Shown piece by piece: positions 47,863 through 57,429 of a stretch of 64,000 nt of DNA. The DNA is from an uncultured Gammaproteobacteria bacterium (lineage in GTDB: Bacteria; Patescibacteriota; Microgenomatia; Levybacterales; GWA1-39-11), in the NCBI GenBank assembly GCA_964511305.1, contig CAZEEU010000003.1, positions 13,410 through 77,409 of the forward strand. Reading direction: 5' to 3'. Within the stretch, counting starts at the first letter, position 1; each line of letters starts with the position of its first letter. The translations under genes were made by a program, and so were the position numbers. The notes below the pieces were generated by a model. The model was not told the DNA's origin. It saw nothing but the letters and a program-made list of their open reading frames with translations, and searched no databases.

Positions 47863-48648
47863 ATGAAATTATCCAGAATCTACGGTATGGTACTTCGACA
47901 CTTCTTTAATTTAAGAAGAAGTTTTGACCGACTCAGTGATGTATTTTATTGGCCAGTTCTTGATATCATCATTTGGGGATTAACAGGCTACTATATAGTA
48001 TCTCTCGCACCAAATTCGTCTCAACAAATCAATGCAATCATTTGCGGTGTACTCTTATGGATTATCCCATGGAGAGCTCAAAATGAAGTCGCTATAAATG
48101 TACTTGCAGAATTGTGGGATAGAAATCTATCCAATATCTTCGTCTCCCCATTAAAATTTTCTGAATGGGTAGTATCACTCTTTATAATGGGTGTTATCAA
48201 AGGCTTAATTAGTCTTGGATTTGCCTCGCTTGTCGCCTTTGCAATGTATAAGGTCAATATTTTTATCTACGGTCCTTATTTGCTGCTCTTTGCTATTGTT
48301 TTGTTTACTTTTGGCTGCACAATTGGACTCCTTGTTGCATCGGTCGTTCTGAAGTTTGGCTCCAGGATCCAAACACTCGCATGGACCGTCCCATGGGCGG
48401 TTGCCCCTTTTTCAGCAATTTATTTCCCCGTCTCAATTCTTCCACAATGGGCACAATCAATCTCTCATGTGCTCCCATCAAGCTACATATATGAGCTGGG
48501 TAGACAACTTATTTTTGAGGGAAAATTTGATTGGAATGCTTATGGAATAAGCTTCGCATTAAGCACAATATACTTTGTGCTCTCGCTTATTCTCTTTCAC
48601 TGGAGCTACAGGAAAGCGCTTGAGAGAGGTCTTCAGAGTATTAATTAG
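47863..48648 (+). CDS. ABC-2 family transporter permease
   Basis: Six TM segments; overlaps the upstream ATPase stop by 1 nt. Confidence 0.7.
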   Translation: MKLSRIYGMVLRHFFNLRRSFDRLSDVFYWPVLDIIIWGLTGYYIVSLAPNSSQQINAIICGVLLWIIPWRAQNEVAINVLAELWDRNLSNIFVSPLKFSEWVVSLFIMGVIKGLISLGFASLVAFAMYKVNIFIYGPYLLLFAIVLFTFGCTIGLLVASVVLKFGSRIQTLAWTVPWAVAPFSAIYFPVSILPQWAQSISHVLPSSYIYELGRQLIFEGKFDWNAYGISFALSTIYFVLSLILFHWSYRKALERGLQSIN

Positions 48649-49271
48649 CGGACTGTTACACCAATAACTCTTCTCGTGTTTTTCCCGTTTCTATTTTTAG
48701 AATCAATTGTTATCTGTCTTTGTCCTTCAAAAAGATATAACGTCTTTTTGAATGTTCCGTCTAAGGCAACATAAGACTCTTCGTTATTTATAAGAACTGT
48801 GGCGTATGGGTCTGTCTTCCCTCTTACTTCAACAATGTTATTTCTTACTACTGCTCTATCTTGTGGGGATAGAACTTCAAGCCGAGGACCTAGGAAAAAT
48901 GAACTATATTGAACCCCAATATATCCAAATATCACCAAAATAACGAGCCCAATAATTATGTTTCGGGGAGTGAATACTACAATTCGCCTAACGCTTTTTT
49001 CTTGACTCTTAAAGGTAGGGAGCATTTTATTTTTGCTTCCCTCATACTCACGCCTAAAGAGAGCAGCAGCTTTGACCTTATCAATCCCTAGGTACGAAGC
49101 GTAATTTTTAACAAATCCTAGCGCGTAACTCTCCGACGGAAGCTTCTCATACTCTCCATTTTCAATTGCAACCAAAAAAAGTTTTTTTATCTTTGTTGAT
49201 CTTACAACTTGCTCGAGAGTGTAGCCTTTTTCAATACGAGTATCGGCAAGAATCTCAGAAATTTTTCTCAT
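48645..49271 (-). CDS. rodZ: RodZ-like cytoskeleton protein (N-terminal XRE-type HTH, TM, C-terminal DUF4115-like domain)
   Basis: EKGYTLEQVVRSTKIKKLFLVAIENG HTH; single TM; C-terminal beta-rich domain. Confidence 0.55.
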   Translation of the reverse strand: MRKISEILADTRIEKGYTLEQVVRSTKIKKLFLVAIENGEYEKLPSESYALGFVKNYASYLGIDKVKAAALFRREYEGSKNKMLPTFKSQEKSVRRIVVFTPRNIIIGLVILVIFGYIGVQYSSFFLGPRLEVLSPQDRAVVRNNIVEVRGKTDPYATVLINNEESYVALDGTFKKTLYLFEGQRQITIDSKNRNGKNTRRVIGVTVR

Positions 49272-49285
49272 AAAATTAGCGTACT

Positions 49286-51484
49286 TTATTGATTATTGAT
49301 GTCTTCCGTCGCGGGGCCACTGAGGAATTCGTCAGCATTTCTTACAAGTACGTCACGAGGCTTCGATCCATCAGCAGGACCTACAACACCAGCTTCTTCT
49401 AATTGCTCAAGGAGTCTGGCTGCACGATTAAATCCTACCTGCAAGCGTCTTTGAATAAGAGAAGCACTGGCCCTGTCGTGTTGTGAAATCATACGAACTG
49501 CTTGCTCAAAAAGATCATCACGACCCTCGTCTCCGCCCACTGTTGTAATTCCTCCACGACCTTTAATATTTACTGCTTGCTGAATAACTTCCTGGGTGTA
49601 TTCAACAGGAATTCCCTTTGACTTAATAAAGTTAGTCAAACGTTTTACGTCTTGGTCAGAAACAAAAGTACCCTGAATTCTAGTAGGTCTTGCTTGATCC
49701 GGTGGGACATACAGCATGTCTCCTTTTCCAAGTAGCTTTTCAGCCCCCGGGCCATCAATAATAACCTTTGAGTCAATTCCTGATGACACATTAAATGCTA
49801 TACGGCAAGGGATATTTGCCTTGATAAGACCTGTAATGACGTCAACAGATGGACGCTGCGTAGCAAGAACTAAGTGAATACCCGTAGCACGAGCCATCTG
49901 GGCTAGACGCGCAATACTATCTTCAACTTCAACAGGAGCAAGAGCCATAAGGTCAGCCAATTCGTCCATAACAATTATGATATATGGGATTGCCTGAAAA
50001 CCGGCAAGCTCGTTATAACTATCAAGATTTTTAACACCAGCTTCTGCGAATTTTGTATACCTCTTGTCCATCTCTTTAAGAGCCCATTTCAAAGCAGAAA
50101 CAGATTGATCTGCCTCAACAATCACCGGAGATAACAAGTGAGGAATATCATTATAACCGGTCAACTCAACTCTCTTAGGGTCGATCATAATAAATTTAAC
50201 TTCTGAAGGGGAAGCTCTAAAAAGAATTGATGAAATAAATGCATTTACCATAACGGATTTACCAGAACCGGTAGTACCAGCGATTAGTACGTGAGGCATT
50301 TTCGAAATATCTGCAACAACTGGGTCACCCGAAACATTAAGTCCAAGTGGCACAGCAAGCTTTGATTTTGTCTCCTGCATCTTTTTTGTCTCAAGCATTG
50401 CTCGAAGACCAACAAATTCAAGCGATGTATTCGGAATTTCAATACCCACCAAGCTTCTACCTGGAATTGGAGCTTCAATTCTGATTTGTCCTCCGGGTGC
50501 TTCTGTTGCAAGAGCAAGATCATTTGCAAGAGTGGTAATCTTTGAAAGCTTGGTACCTTCAGGAATACGAATAGCATATTGAGTAACAGAAGGTCCAACA
50601 TTAATTTCAGCAACTTGAGCTTTTATTCCAAAGCTTTGTAGGGTTCTTTCGATTGTCCCTGCAATTCTCTTAACATCTCCCGTGTCTCTCTTCTTTTCTT
50701 TGTTCTCAGTTAAGAGTGAGAAAGGCGGATATTCCCACATCCCCATCTCCAAAGGCTTATTAAGAATCATTTCTTCGGGAAGAACTCCTTTTTTAGGCAT
50801 TGGGGCAGATGTCATAGTAGGTGCTGCTGATTTTGCAGGAGCCGTTGCTTCAAGTTTTGCCTCGGAAATCTTAACGTCTGATGGACCATCATCTATTCCC
50901 TTTATCTTCATAGGAGTCATATCTGTTGCGAATTTATCCTTTGTCTTAAGAAGTGGTACTGCTGCTTTTCCAACTCCATTCCCTGCACCTTTAACGGACG
51001 AAAATACGTACATACCAATCTCTGTAAATGAAAGGTTCATACACACTACAAATCCAATAAATGCGCCTAATGCAAAAAGGAGCACGCTAAGAATTGGCCC
51101 GATGATACTACTAAGATAATAAAAAAGATCATGTCCGACCATTCCACTCTGGAAAAGACCTAATATAGAAATTGTAAAGACAATAAAACCAATTGAGATA
51201 TTCGGGCGGGAAAGGCTATTTTTCATTTGGAGTATAAATAGCGCCACAAGCACGCATACAATTGGGATCAAAAATGAGAAGAATCCAAAAAAGTTAACAA
51301 GAGAATCATTGAGCTGCATAAGAGCAGAGCCACTTCTGGTATAGGAGACTAGACATGCAATAGCTGCAAAAACGAGACTAACGGCGGATACTGTGTAAAT
51401 TGTCCCTTTCTTGAGTTTTAGGCCTCCCCCACTACTTCTTCTTTTATAAGAACCTCTTTTCTTTACCTTTTTCTTTTTGGCCAT
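49286..51484 (-). CDS. ftsK: DNA translocase FtsK/SpoIIIE
   Basis: N-terminal TM segments; Walker A AGTTGSGKSV; C-terminal gamma wHTH domain. Confidence 0.9.
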   Translation of the reverse strand: MAKKKKVKKRGSYKRRSSGGGLKLKKGTIYTVSAVSLVFAAIACLVSYTRSGSALMQLNDSLVNFFGFFSFLIPIVCVLVALFILQMKNSLSRPNISIGFIVFTISILGLFQSGMVGHDLFYYLSSIIGPILSVLLFALGAFIGFVVCMNLSFTEIGMYVFSSVKGAGNGVGKAAVPLLKTKDKFATDMTPMKIKGIDDGPSDVKISEAKLEATAPAKSAAPTMTSAPMPKKGVLPEEMILNKPLEMGMWEYPPFSLLTENKEKKRDTGDVKRIAGTIERTLQSFGIKAQVAEINVGPSVTQYAIRIPEGTKLSKITTLANDLALATEAPGGQIRIEAPIPGRSLVGIEIPNTSLEFVGLRAMLETKKMQETKSKLAVPLGLNVSGDPVVADISKMPHVLIAGTTGSGKSVMVNAFISSILFRASPSEVKFIMIDPKRVELTGYNDIPHLLSPVIVEADQSVSALKWALKEMDKRYTKFAEAGVKNLDSYNELAGFQAIPYIIIVMDELADLMALAPVEVEDSIARLAQMARATGIHLVLATQRPSVDVITGLIKANIPCRIAFNVSSGIDSKVIIDGPGAEKLLGKGDMLYVPPDQARPTRIQGTFVSDQDVKRLTNFIKSKGIPVEYTQEVIQQAVNIKGRGGITTVGGDEGRDDLFEQAVRMISQHDRASASLIQRRLQVGFNRAARLLEQLEEAGVVGPADGSKPRDVLVRNADEFLSGPATEDINNQ

Positions 51485-51549
51485 AGTATGTCATTATAGC
51501 AATAATCAAATTCCAATTCACCAAAGCATTTTAGAACTGAATTTGAAAA

Positions 51550-53274
51550 TTAGATATTCCAGGCCTTCTCTTTATACTCTTGGATGCAACGATTTGTATT
51601 AAAAAACGAACCAAGTGTAATTGCGTGCTTCATGCGATGAATCCAATCTTTTTTGTTGTTGTAATAAAGAGGAATAATTTCATTCTGAAGTTTATTGTAC
51701 ATATCATCTATATCTTGCTTGTCATCATTTATAGGAGTAAGACTCGTATCATTTGGGCCGATTGAGAATCCAGATTCAGAATCAAGCTCGTATCCTTCAA
51801 TCCACCACCCATCAAGAATTGAAAAGTTAAGCACTCCATTCAAAGCTGCTTTCATGCCACTTGTACCCGATGCCTCAAGAGGTCGCCTTGGGGTATTTAA
51901 CCAGATATCCGACCCCCTAACCAACTGGCGAGCAAGTAGTGGGGAATAATTCTCTAAATAAACAACTTTTATACGACCTCTTAATTTTTTAGAAATATCT
52001 ATAATCTCCCTTACAAAATTTTTGGCCATCTCATCTCCGGGAGCTGCTTTGCCACACTGAATAATTTGCAATTTGCCATCACCAATACTAAGCAGTCTCT
52101 CAAGATCAGAATACAGCAAGAGTGGTCGCTTGTAAGGAACGAGACGTCTTGCAAGAGATATAGTCAGAATATCTATATCGAATTGTTCTGGCTCTGGTGG
52201 ATTCTCCCTTTCTTCCTCACTATTAACTGAGGTTAAATGATTATTAACATGATCCAAAAGCCTGCTTTTCTCAGACTGATGTGCGCGCCATAATTCATCA
52301 TCAGGAATCCTATCAACTGCTTCTTTAAATACGCCAGGATTATGTATCCATTCTGGTAGGAATTTATCGTATAAATTTGCAAGCTCCGTACCTATCCAAG
52401 TCCTGTGATGAACACCATTTGTGATTGCCTTTATATGGAACTGAGGGAACATTGCAGCCGTAACCTGTCCATGCTTCTGGCTAACACCAAAAGCAACATT
52501 ACTCATACTCATGCCAAGAATTGTTGTATGAAGTTCTTTTTCGCTTGCTATTTTTTTTATATGCCAAGGTAAATTGTCTCCTGCAATCTTATATGCGTAA
52601 TCGTAATCAAATTTGTCATGCCCTTCAGGAATTGGCGTATGCGTAGTAAAGACACACAATTTTTTTACAGCTTCGTCATCAAAACCTTTTTCAGAAAGCA
52701 ACCCAAGAGGCACAAAAGAAGCATGACCTTCATTCATATGAAATGTTTTGACGTCATGATATCCAAGACTTCTTAACATCTTAACGCCACCAATCCCCAG
52801 GAGCACTTCTTGATCTAGTCTCACTCCACCCCCATACAAATTTTGCGTAAGACTCTTTGCATATTCAGAATTATCTATAAAGTCAGTGTCTAGCAGATAA
52901 ACAGGTACAACAAACTCATCAATTCCTGTTATGTCATACCTCCAGCAGCCAACAATAACTTTTTGTCCTTGGATAGTAACTTCAACTCTATTTGGTAGCT
53001 TCGTGAGTTGATCATTCTTATGCCAAACTAACGACTCGTAATCCTGAGAGCCTTCGGTGGTTATAATCTGCCGGTATGTGCTGTCGTTGTAGACCAAAGA
53101 CATTCCAACCACAGGAACCTTCATGTCTGCACAGGAGCGCATGAGATCTCCAGCCAATACCCCAAGTCCGCCAGCATAGGTTGGAATATCTGACTCCAAC
53201 ATAAATTCCATTGAGAAATAAGCGCAGTCTAGGGTGGGGCGTTTTGTATCCATGGGCAGCTTGCCTCGGCTCAC
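51550..53274 (-). CDS. glgP: alpha-glucan (glycogen) phosphorylase, GT35
   Basis: FSMEFMLESDIPTYAGGLGVLAGD N-terminal signature; PLP lysine region EASGTSGMKAALNG. Confidence 0.85.
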   Translation of the reverse strand: MSRGKLPMDTKRPTLDCAYFSMEFMLESDIPTYAGGLGVLAGDLMRSCADMKVPVVGMSLVYNDSTYRQIITTEGSQDYESLVWHKNDQLTKLPNRVEVTIQGQKVIVGCWRYDITGIDEFVVPVYLLDTDFIDNSEYAKSLTQNLYGGGVRLDQEVLLGIGGVKMLRSLGYHDVKTFHMNEGHASFVPLGLLSEKGFDDEAVKKLCVFTTHTPIPEGHDKFDYDYAYKIAGDNLPWHIKKIASEKELHTTILGMSMSNVAFGVSQKHGQVTAAMFPQFHIKAITNGVHHRTWIGTELANLYDKFLPEWIHNPGVFKEAVDRIPDDELWRAHQSEKSRLLDHVNNHLTSVNSEEERENPPEPEQFDIDILTISLARRLVPYKRPLLLYSDLERLLSIGDGKLQIIQCGKAAPGDEMAKNFVREIIDISKKLRGRIKVVYLENYSPLLARQLVRGSDIWLNTPRRPLEASGTSGMKAALNGVLNFSILDGWWIEGYELDSESGFSIGPNDTSLTPINDDKQDIDDMYNKLQNEIIPLYYNNKKDWIHRMKHAITLGSFFNTNRCIQEYKEKAWNI

Positions 53275-53341
53275 TATCTTTGTTTGATGTGGGGCGGGTG
53301 ACTTTATTGTATATTATTTAAGAAACACCTTACAGGGGGGA

Positions 53342-53521
53342 TTATTTAACGCCGTATACGTAAAGGTCGTCTAAATTTTGGGTTTCAGTTTCAACTCGGG
53401 CATACGGAAGTGATTCACTATTAATCGGCCCGTAATCACCATTTTTCGTTTTTTTAACGAATTCAATAATATTTGCTTTCTCAATGGTTATTTGAGTCTT
53501 TTCGTTTTTTGATTTTTTCAT
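53342..53521 (-). CDS. small hydrophilic ORF (59 aa, MKKSKNEKTQITIEKANIIEFVKK...YVYGVK) 13 nt downstream of the S49/SDH-like peptidase gene
   Basis: Found manually; below the 60-aa cutoff of the ORF track; same strand as the peptidase; no SD. Confidence 0.25.
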   Translation of the reverse strand: MKKSKNEKTQITIEKANIIEFVKKTKNGDYGPINSESLPYARVETETQNLDDLYVYGVK

Positions 53522-53534
53522 ATCTTTATATTAA

Positions 53535-54710
53535 CTAATCAATAATTTTTTTACCACTCTGGCTTTCTATATCATCTCTTATTTTTTCAAGCCTCAACTC
53601 CGCCCCACATTTTTTGCATTTGTATAAATTATCTTTAGGAAATTGCTCCAAGCCTTGCCTATTAAAATCCTCATCTATTTTTTTGTTTTGTATAAACTTG
53701 GCATAAAAATTATAAGCGGAGCCACACTTTTTGCAGGTTACGTTAGCCGTTACCACTTCTGTCTCTTTTGTGATATTTTGAGGACCAGGGTTCGAGATCC
53801 CAAAAAAGTGGAAAAGCTTATCATTTTCGGTAGCAAATATTTTATATATATTAGTAGTACTATATAAAAGTTTGATTATGGTTTGAATTCTGTAAACAAT
53901 ATCTGCAAACTTAGGATCATCGTCTATTTTGTTAACTCGCAAACCTAGTGTTTCTAAATCATGAATTTTAAGTGATCTACCATGACTGCGCCATTTTTTA
54001 TGATTAATCAAATTCTCTACTATCTCTTTCGCGCGCTTAGTCTTCATAACTGACGTGACAGAAGTACTTTTAGTTTCTGTTTTTTCCCAATTTTCGAACT
54101 TATATTTCGGCAACCACTCCTGAACCAAATCAACCGCAAAGTTCAAAGCATTATCCACACCATTTAATTCTCCTGGGCTGATTTGGGCAACCATAGTAGC
54201 ATCGAAAGGATTCAGTTTTTGATTCTTATCGGCTTCATCTCTTTTCTCTTTAACCCATTGCATGTAATCATACGCAGATACTACACTCCTCCCTATTTTC
54301 ATCTGAGCGTCGATTGGCCCGAGGCTACCTTGTTCGGTCATGAATATTTCGTGACCTGCCAAGGTCATAATCGTACCGGCACTTTTAGCTTCTCCAGATA
54401 TTACAAAGTTAACCGCATCAAATTTATCATGTAACAATTCTACAATTTCCTCTGCTGCCTCACCGCTTCCTCCAGGAGTCTCTAAATAAATATCGATAGA
54501 CTTCCCCTTTGCACCCCTAAGAAAATCTGCAATTATATGATAATCCTGCATTGATAATGAAGTATTGGGAACTGGCTTTTCCCAATCGGCAGAAAAGACC
54601 AACAAGAACGTTTTCCTATAGGCATTATATTGTTGTATGAGCCTCAATAATTCTGCTTCTTTCTCTTCGGTAGTTAGATTTTTCTCTATATATTCTGTTA
54701 AAAGTCCCAT
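53535..54710 (-). CDS. cytoplasmic ClpP/crotonase-fold serine peptidase of the S49 / SDH (serine dehydrogenase proteinase, NfeD-N-like) type, with two C-terminal CxxC...CxxC zinc ribbons
   Basis: IYLETPGGSGEAAEEIV...ISGEAKSAGTIMTLAG matches the S49/SDH active-site region; C-terminal CKKCGSAYNFY...CKKCGAEL. Confidence 0.55.
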   Translation of the reverse strand: MGLLTEYIEKNLTTEEKEAELLRLIQQYNAYRKTFLLVFSADWEKPVPNTSLSMQDYHIIADFLRGAKGKSIDIYLETPGGSGEAAEEIVELLHDKFDAVNFVISGEAKSAGTIMTLAGHEIFMTEQGSLGPIDAQMKIGRSVVSAYDYMQWVKEKRDEADKNQKLNPFDATMVAQISPGELNGVDNALNFAVDLVQEWLPKYKFENWEKTETKSTSVTSVMKTKRAKEIVENLINHKKWRSHGRSLKIHDLETLGLRVNKIDDDPKFADIVYRIQTIIKLLYSTTNIYKIFATENDKLFHFFGISNPGPQNITKETEVVTANVTCKKCGSAYNFYAKFIQNKKIDEDFNRQGLEQFPKDNLYKCKKCGAELRLEKIRDDIESQSGKKIID

Positions 54711-54821
54711 ATTTAAATCAAGTCTCTGCTTGCATGTTTATACTCAAGCATCGCAAGTGGAAATAATTATAGTCAATTGAGGCTAAGTGTCAAGGAATCA
54801 GTTTTTTCTGGAAAATAAACC

Positions 54822-55727
54822 TTATTTGTTAAATTTAATCGTGGTTTCGGGGAGTTGAATTTCGGGTATTTCTACTCGTAGTCTTTCGATGTCTTCTTTG
54901 TCCATCTTAAAATCAAAGGACTTTAGATTTTCCATCAAGTGACTTTGATTGCTCATCTTTGAAATAACCACTATATCTTGGGAAATAAGCCAATTGATCA
55001 CAATTTGAGGTCTACTCTTGCCATATTTTTTGCACATCTCAGAAATTACTGGAATTTCTTTTTCTATAAGCGCCCCTCTTTCGATTGGTCTATATGCCAT
55101 TACCATAATGTCATTTTCGCGGCAGTAGTCGACTGCATCCTGGAGATTTTGGTAAGCCAAATTGTAATGAAGTTGATTAACAACGATTTTATTTTTTGTC
55201 ACGGACTGAGCTTCTTTTAACTCTTCAACCGTAAAATTACTCACTCCAATTTCCCGAATAAGACCCTTTTCTTTCAATTCGTCTAAAGCCCTAAATGTTT
55301 CCTTTATTGGAAATTGTGGGTTAGGAGCATGGACCAAATAAAGATCTAAATAATCAGTTCTTAGTCTTTCAAGAGACTTATGACATGCACTTATTACTTC
55401 TTCATACGAAAGGTTACCCTTAAAAACTTTACTAACTATGAATAATTTATCTCTATCAAATCCCTTTATAGCAGCACCAACCAATTCCTCAGCGTGCCCA
55501 GCTCCATACAGTTCTGCAGTATCAATAAGTGTTACTCCTAGTTCTAGGGCTATGCGAATACCTTTTCTATCTTGCTCGTCATTTTTAGTATCAACAGTAA
55601 GCATTCCTCCCACCTTCCACGTTCCGATTCCAAAAACAGGCATAGTAAAGCCACTTTTAAGACTTTTTGCGGGTATTTGCATTACAGGTAGTATAACACT
55701 ACACTTCGATAACAATGGGGATGACAA
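54822..55727 (-). CDS. aldo/keto reductase
   Basis: MPVFGIGTWKVGG, catalytic-tetrad context, AKR signature IGVSNF. The true start is probably the Met at ~55682, which would avoid overlap with the RNase J gene. Confidence 0.85.
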   Translation of the reverse strand: MSSPLLSKCSVILPVMQIPAKSLKSGFTMPVFGIGTWKVGGMLTVDTKNDEQDRKGIRIALELGVTLIDTAELYGAGHAEELVGAAIKGFDRDKLFIVSKVFKGNLSYEEVISACHKSLERLRTDYLDLYLVHAPNPQFPIKETFRALDELKEKGLIREIGVSNFTVEELKEAQSVTKNKIVVNQLHYNLAYQNLQDAVDYCRENDIMVMAYRPIERGALIEKEIPVISEMCKKYGKSRPQIVINWLISQDIVVISKMSNQSHLMENLKSFDFKMDKEDIERLRVEIPEIQLPETTIKFNK

Positions 55728-57390
55728 GAGGCTCTCTTTTCATTCTATAAAGCAGATTCTCGCTCGTTCTTTGGATTATCTTTCTATATACTCCCATATT
55801 ATTACTTTTTGGAGATTTTTGACTGAGCTCAAGAAGCAGTTCTTCATTGAGCTGCTTTACAAATCCATCTTTTTCAGGGAATACAAATCCTCGAGCTATA
55901 ATATCGGGCTTTGACACAACTTTTCCAGTCTCTCCCTCAATTTCAACAACCACTATCATAATTCCCTCCTCAGATATTTTCTGGCGATCCACAAGAATAA
56001 ATTTCTCCATTTCCTCACCGGTTATTTGATCGACATATACAGTGGCCAATGGAATTTTTGCACCATAGCGAAAAGCTGTTTTTGTAAAAATGACTTCCTG
56101 CCCATACTCTGGAAGTACAACGTCTTGGTCACGCATTCCAAGATCCTTCATAAGCCCTCTAAATGCGACCATGTGTCTATAATTTCCTCCGATCGGAAAA
56201 GCAAATCTAGGATAGGTAAGAGTTGCAAGAAGCTTTATGTCATTTTGAGAACCGTGTCCTGATACGTGAAATTCATCTGACATATCTGAATGGATAACAC
56301 GTGCTCCTTTTTTAGCAATAGTGTCAATTAACTTATAAATATTTACTTCATTTCCCGGGATTGGATCTGCCGAGAAAATAACAGTATCGTTTTTATCTAT
56401 TCGCAACGCTTTATCATTGTCATTAGCAACTCTAACGAGTGCTGATTCTTCTTGAGCTTGGCTTCCAGGAATCAAGATCATAACCTTTGAAGGGTCCATA
56501 GACATCACCTGCTGGGGTTTTACTTCCATATTTGCTGGAAGCTTTACGTATCCAAGTTGTCGACCGATATCTCGAGCTTTTATAAAAGATCTTCCCATAA
56601 AACATACTTTTCTATTAAATTTAAGTGCTCCTTCAATTGCCTGATTCATTCGTGAAATATTTGAAGAGTAAGTACTTACAAATACTCTACCTTTTGTGCG
56701 TCTAAACTCAGCTTCAAAACTATCAGAAATCTTTCTTTCAGACTTTGAATGACCTTCGCGCTCAGCACCGAGACAATCAGAAAGCATACAAAGAACTCCT
56801 TCAGTCCCGGTTGCTGCAATTCCATGGACATCTGAAGGCTTGCCATCAGGAGGGGTTAGATCAAATTTATAGTCACTTCCATGATAAAAATTACCAACTG
56901 GAGTTTTTATAAATATATTAGAGGTATCCATGACGCTATGAGTTATATGAAGGAATCTGACCATAAAAGACCCCAATTTAAAGTCTTTCTTAAATTTAAC
57001 CTCAACAACTCTCTGACTAAGGCCGAAATCCTTTAATTTCTCGTTAGTAAAAGCAGTGGTAAGAGGCGTCGCATATATAGGAAAATCTGGCAATTGACCT
57101 ATTACAAAAGGTACGCCGCCAATGTGATCCTCATGTCCGTGGGTTAGAAGAAGTCCAACTATTTTTTTACCCTGAGTAAGTAATTTTTTAAGATGGGTGA
57201 TATCTGGGATCAAAAAGTCTACTCCTGGAGTGCTGGCATCGGGAAATCCCATCCCACAATCAACAATAAGAATATCGTTCCCATAAATATATAGGTACAT
57301 ATTCTTAGTAACTGATCCTATTCCGCCAAGAGGGAGTATAGTCACAGAACTTTGGGGCATTGGTGGAGGAACTACATTGCTACGATCCAT
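55699..57390 (-). CDS. rnj: ribonuclease J (metallo-beta-lactamase / beta-CASP)
   Basis: LLTHGHEDHIGGVPF motif; beta-CASP and C-terminal domain; 563 aa. Confidence 0.9.
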   Translation of the reverse strand: MDRSNVVPPPMPQSSVTILPLGGIGSVTKNMYLYIYGNDILIVDCGMGFPDASTPGVDFLIPDITHLKKLLTQGKKIVGLLLTHGHEDHIGGVPFVIGQLPDFPIYATPLTTAFTNEKLKDFGLSQRVVEVKFKKDFKLGSFMVRFLHITHSVMDTSNIFIKTPVGNFYHGSDYKFDLTPPDGKPSDVHGIAATGTEGVLCMLSDCLGAEREGHSKSERKISDSFEAEFRRTKGRVFVSTYSSNISRMNQAIEGALKFNRKVCFMGRSFIKARDIGRQLGYVKLPANMEVKPQQVMSMDPSKVMILIPGSQAQEESALVRVANDNDKALRIDKNDTVIFSADPIPGNEVNIYKLIDTIAKKGARVIHSDMSDEFHVSGHGSQNDIKLLATLTYPRFAFPIGGNYRHMVAFRGLMKDLGMRDQDVVLPEYGQEVIFTKTAFRYGAKIPLATVYVDQITGEEMEKFILVDRQKISEEGIMIVVVEIEGETGKVVSKPDIIARGFVFPEKDGFVKQLNEELLLELSQKSPKSNNMGVYRKIIQRTSENLLYRMKREPLVIPIVIEV

Positions 57391-57429
57391 TAATATTTAA
57401 TTATACCCTAATAAAATCAAAACTTATAC

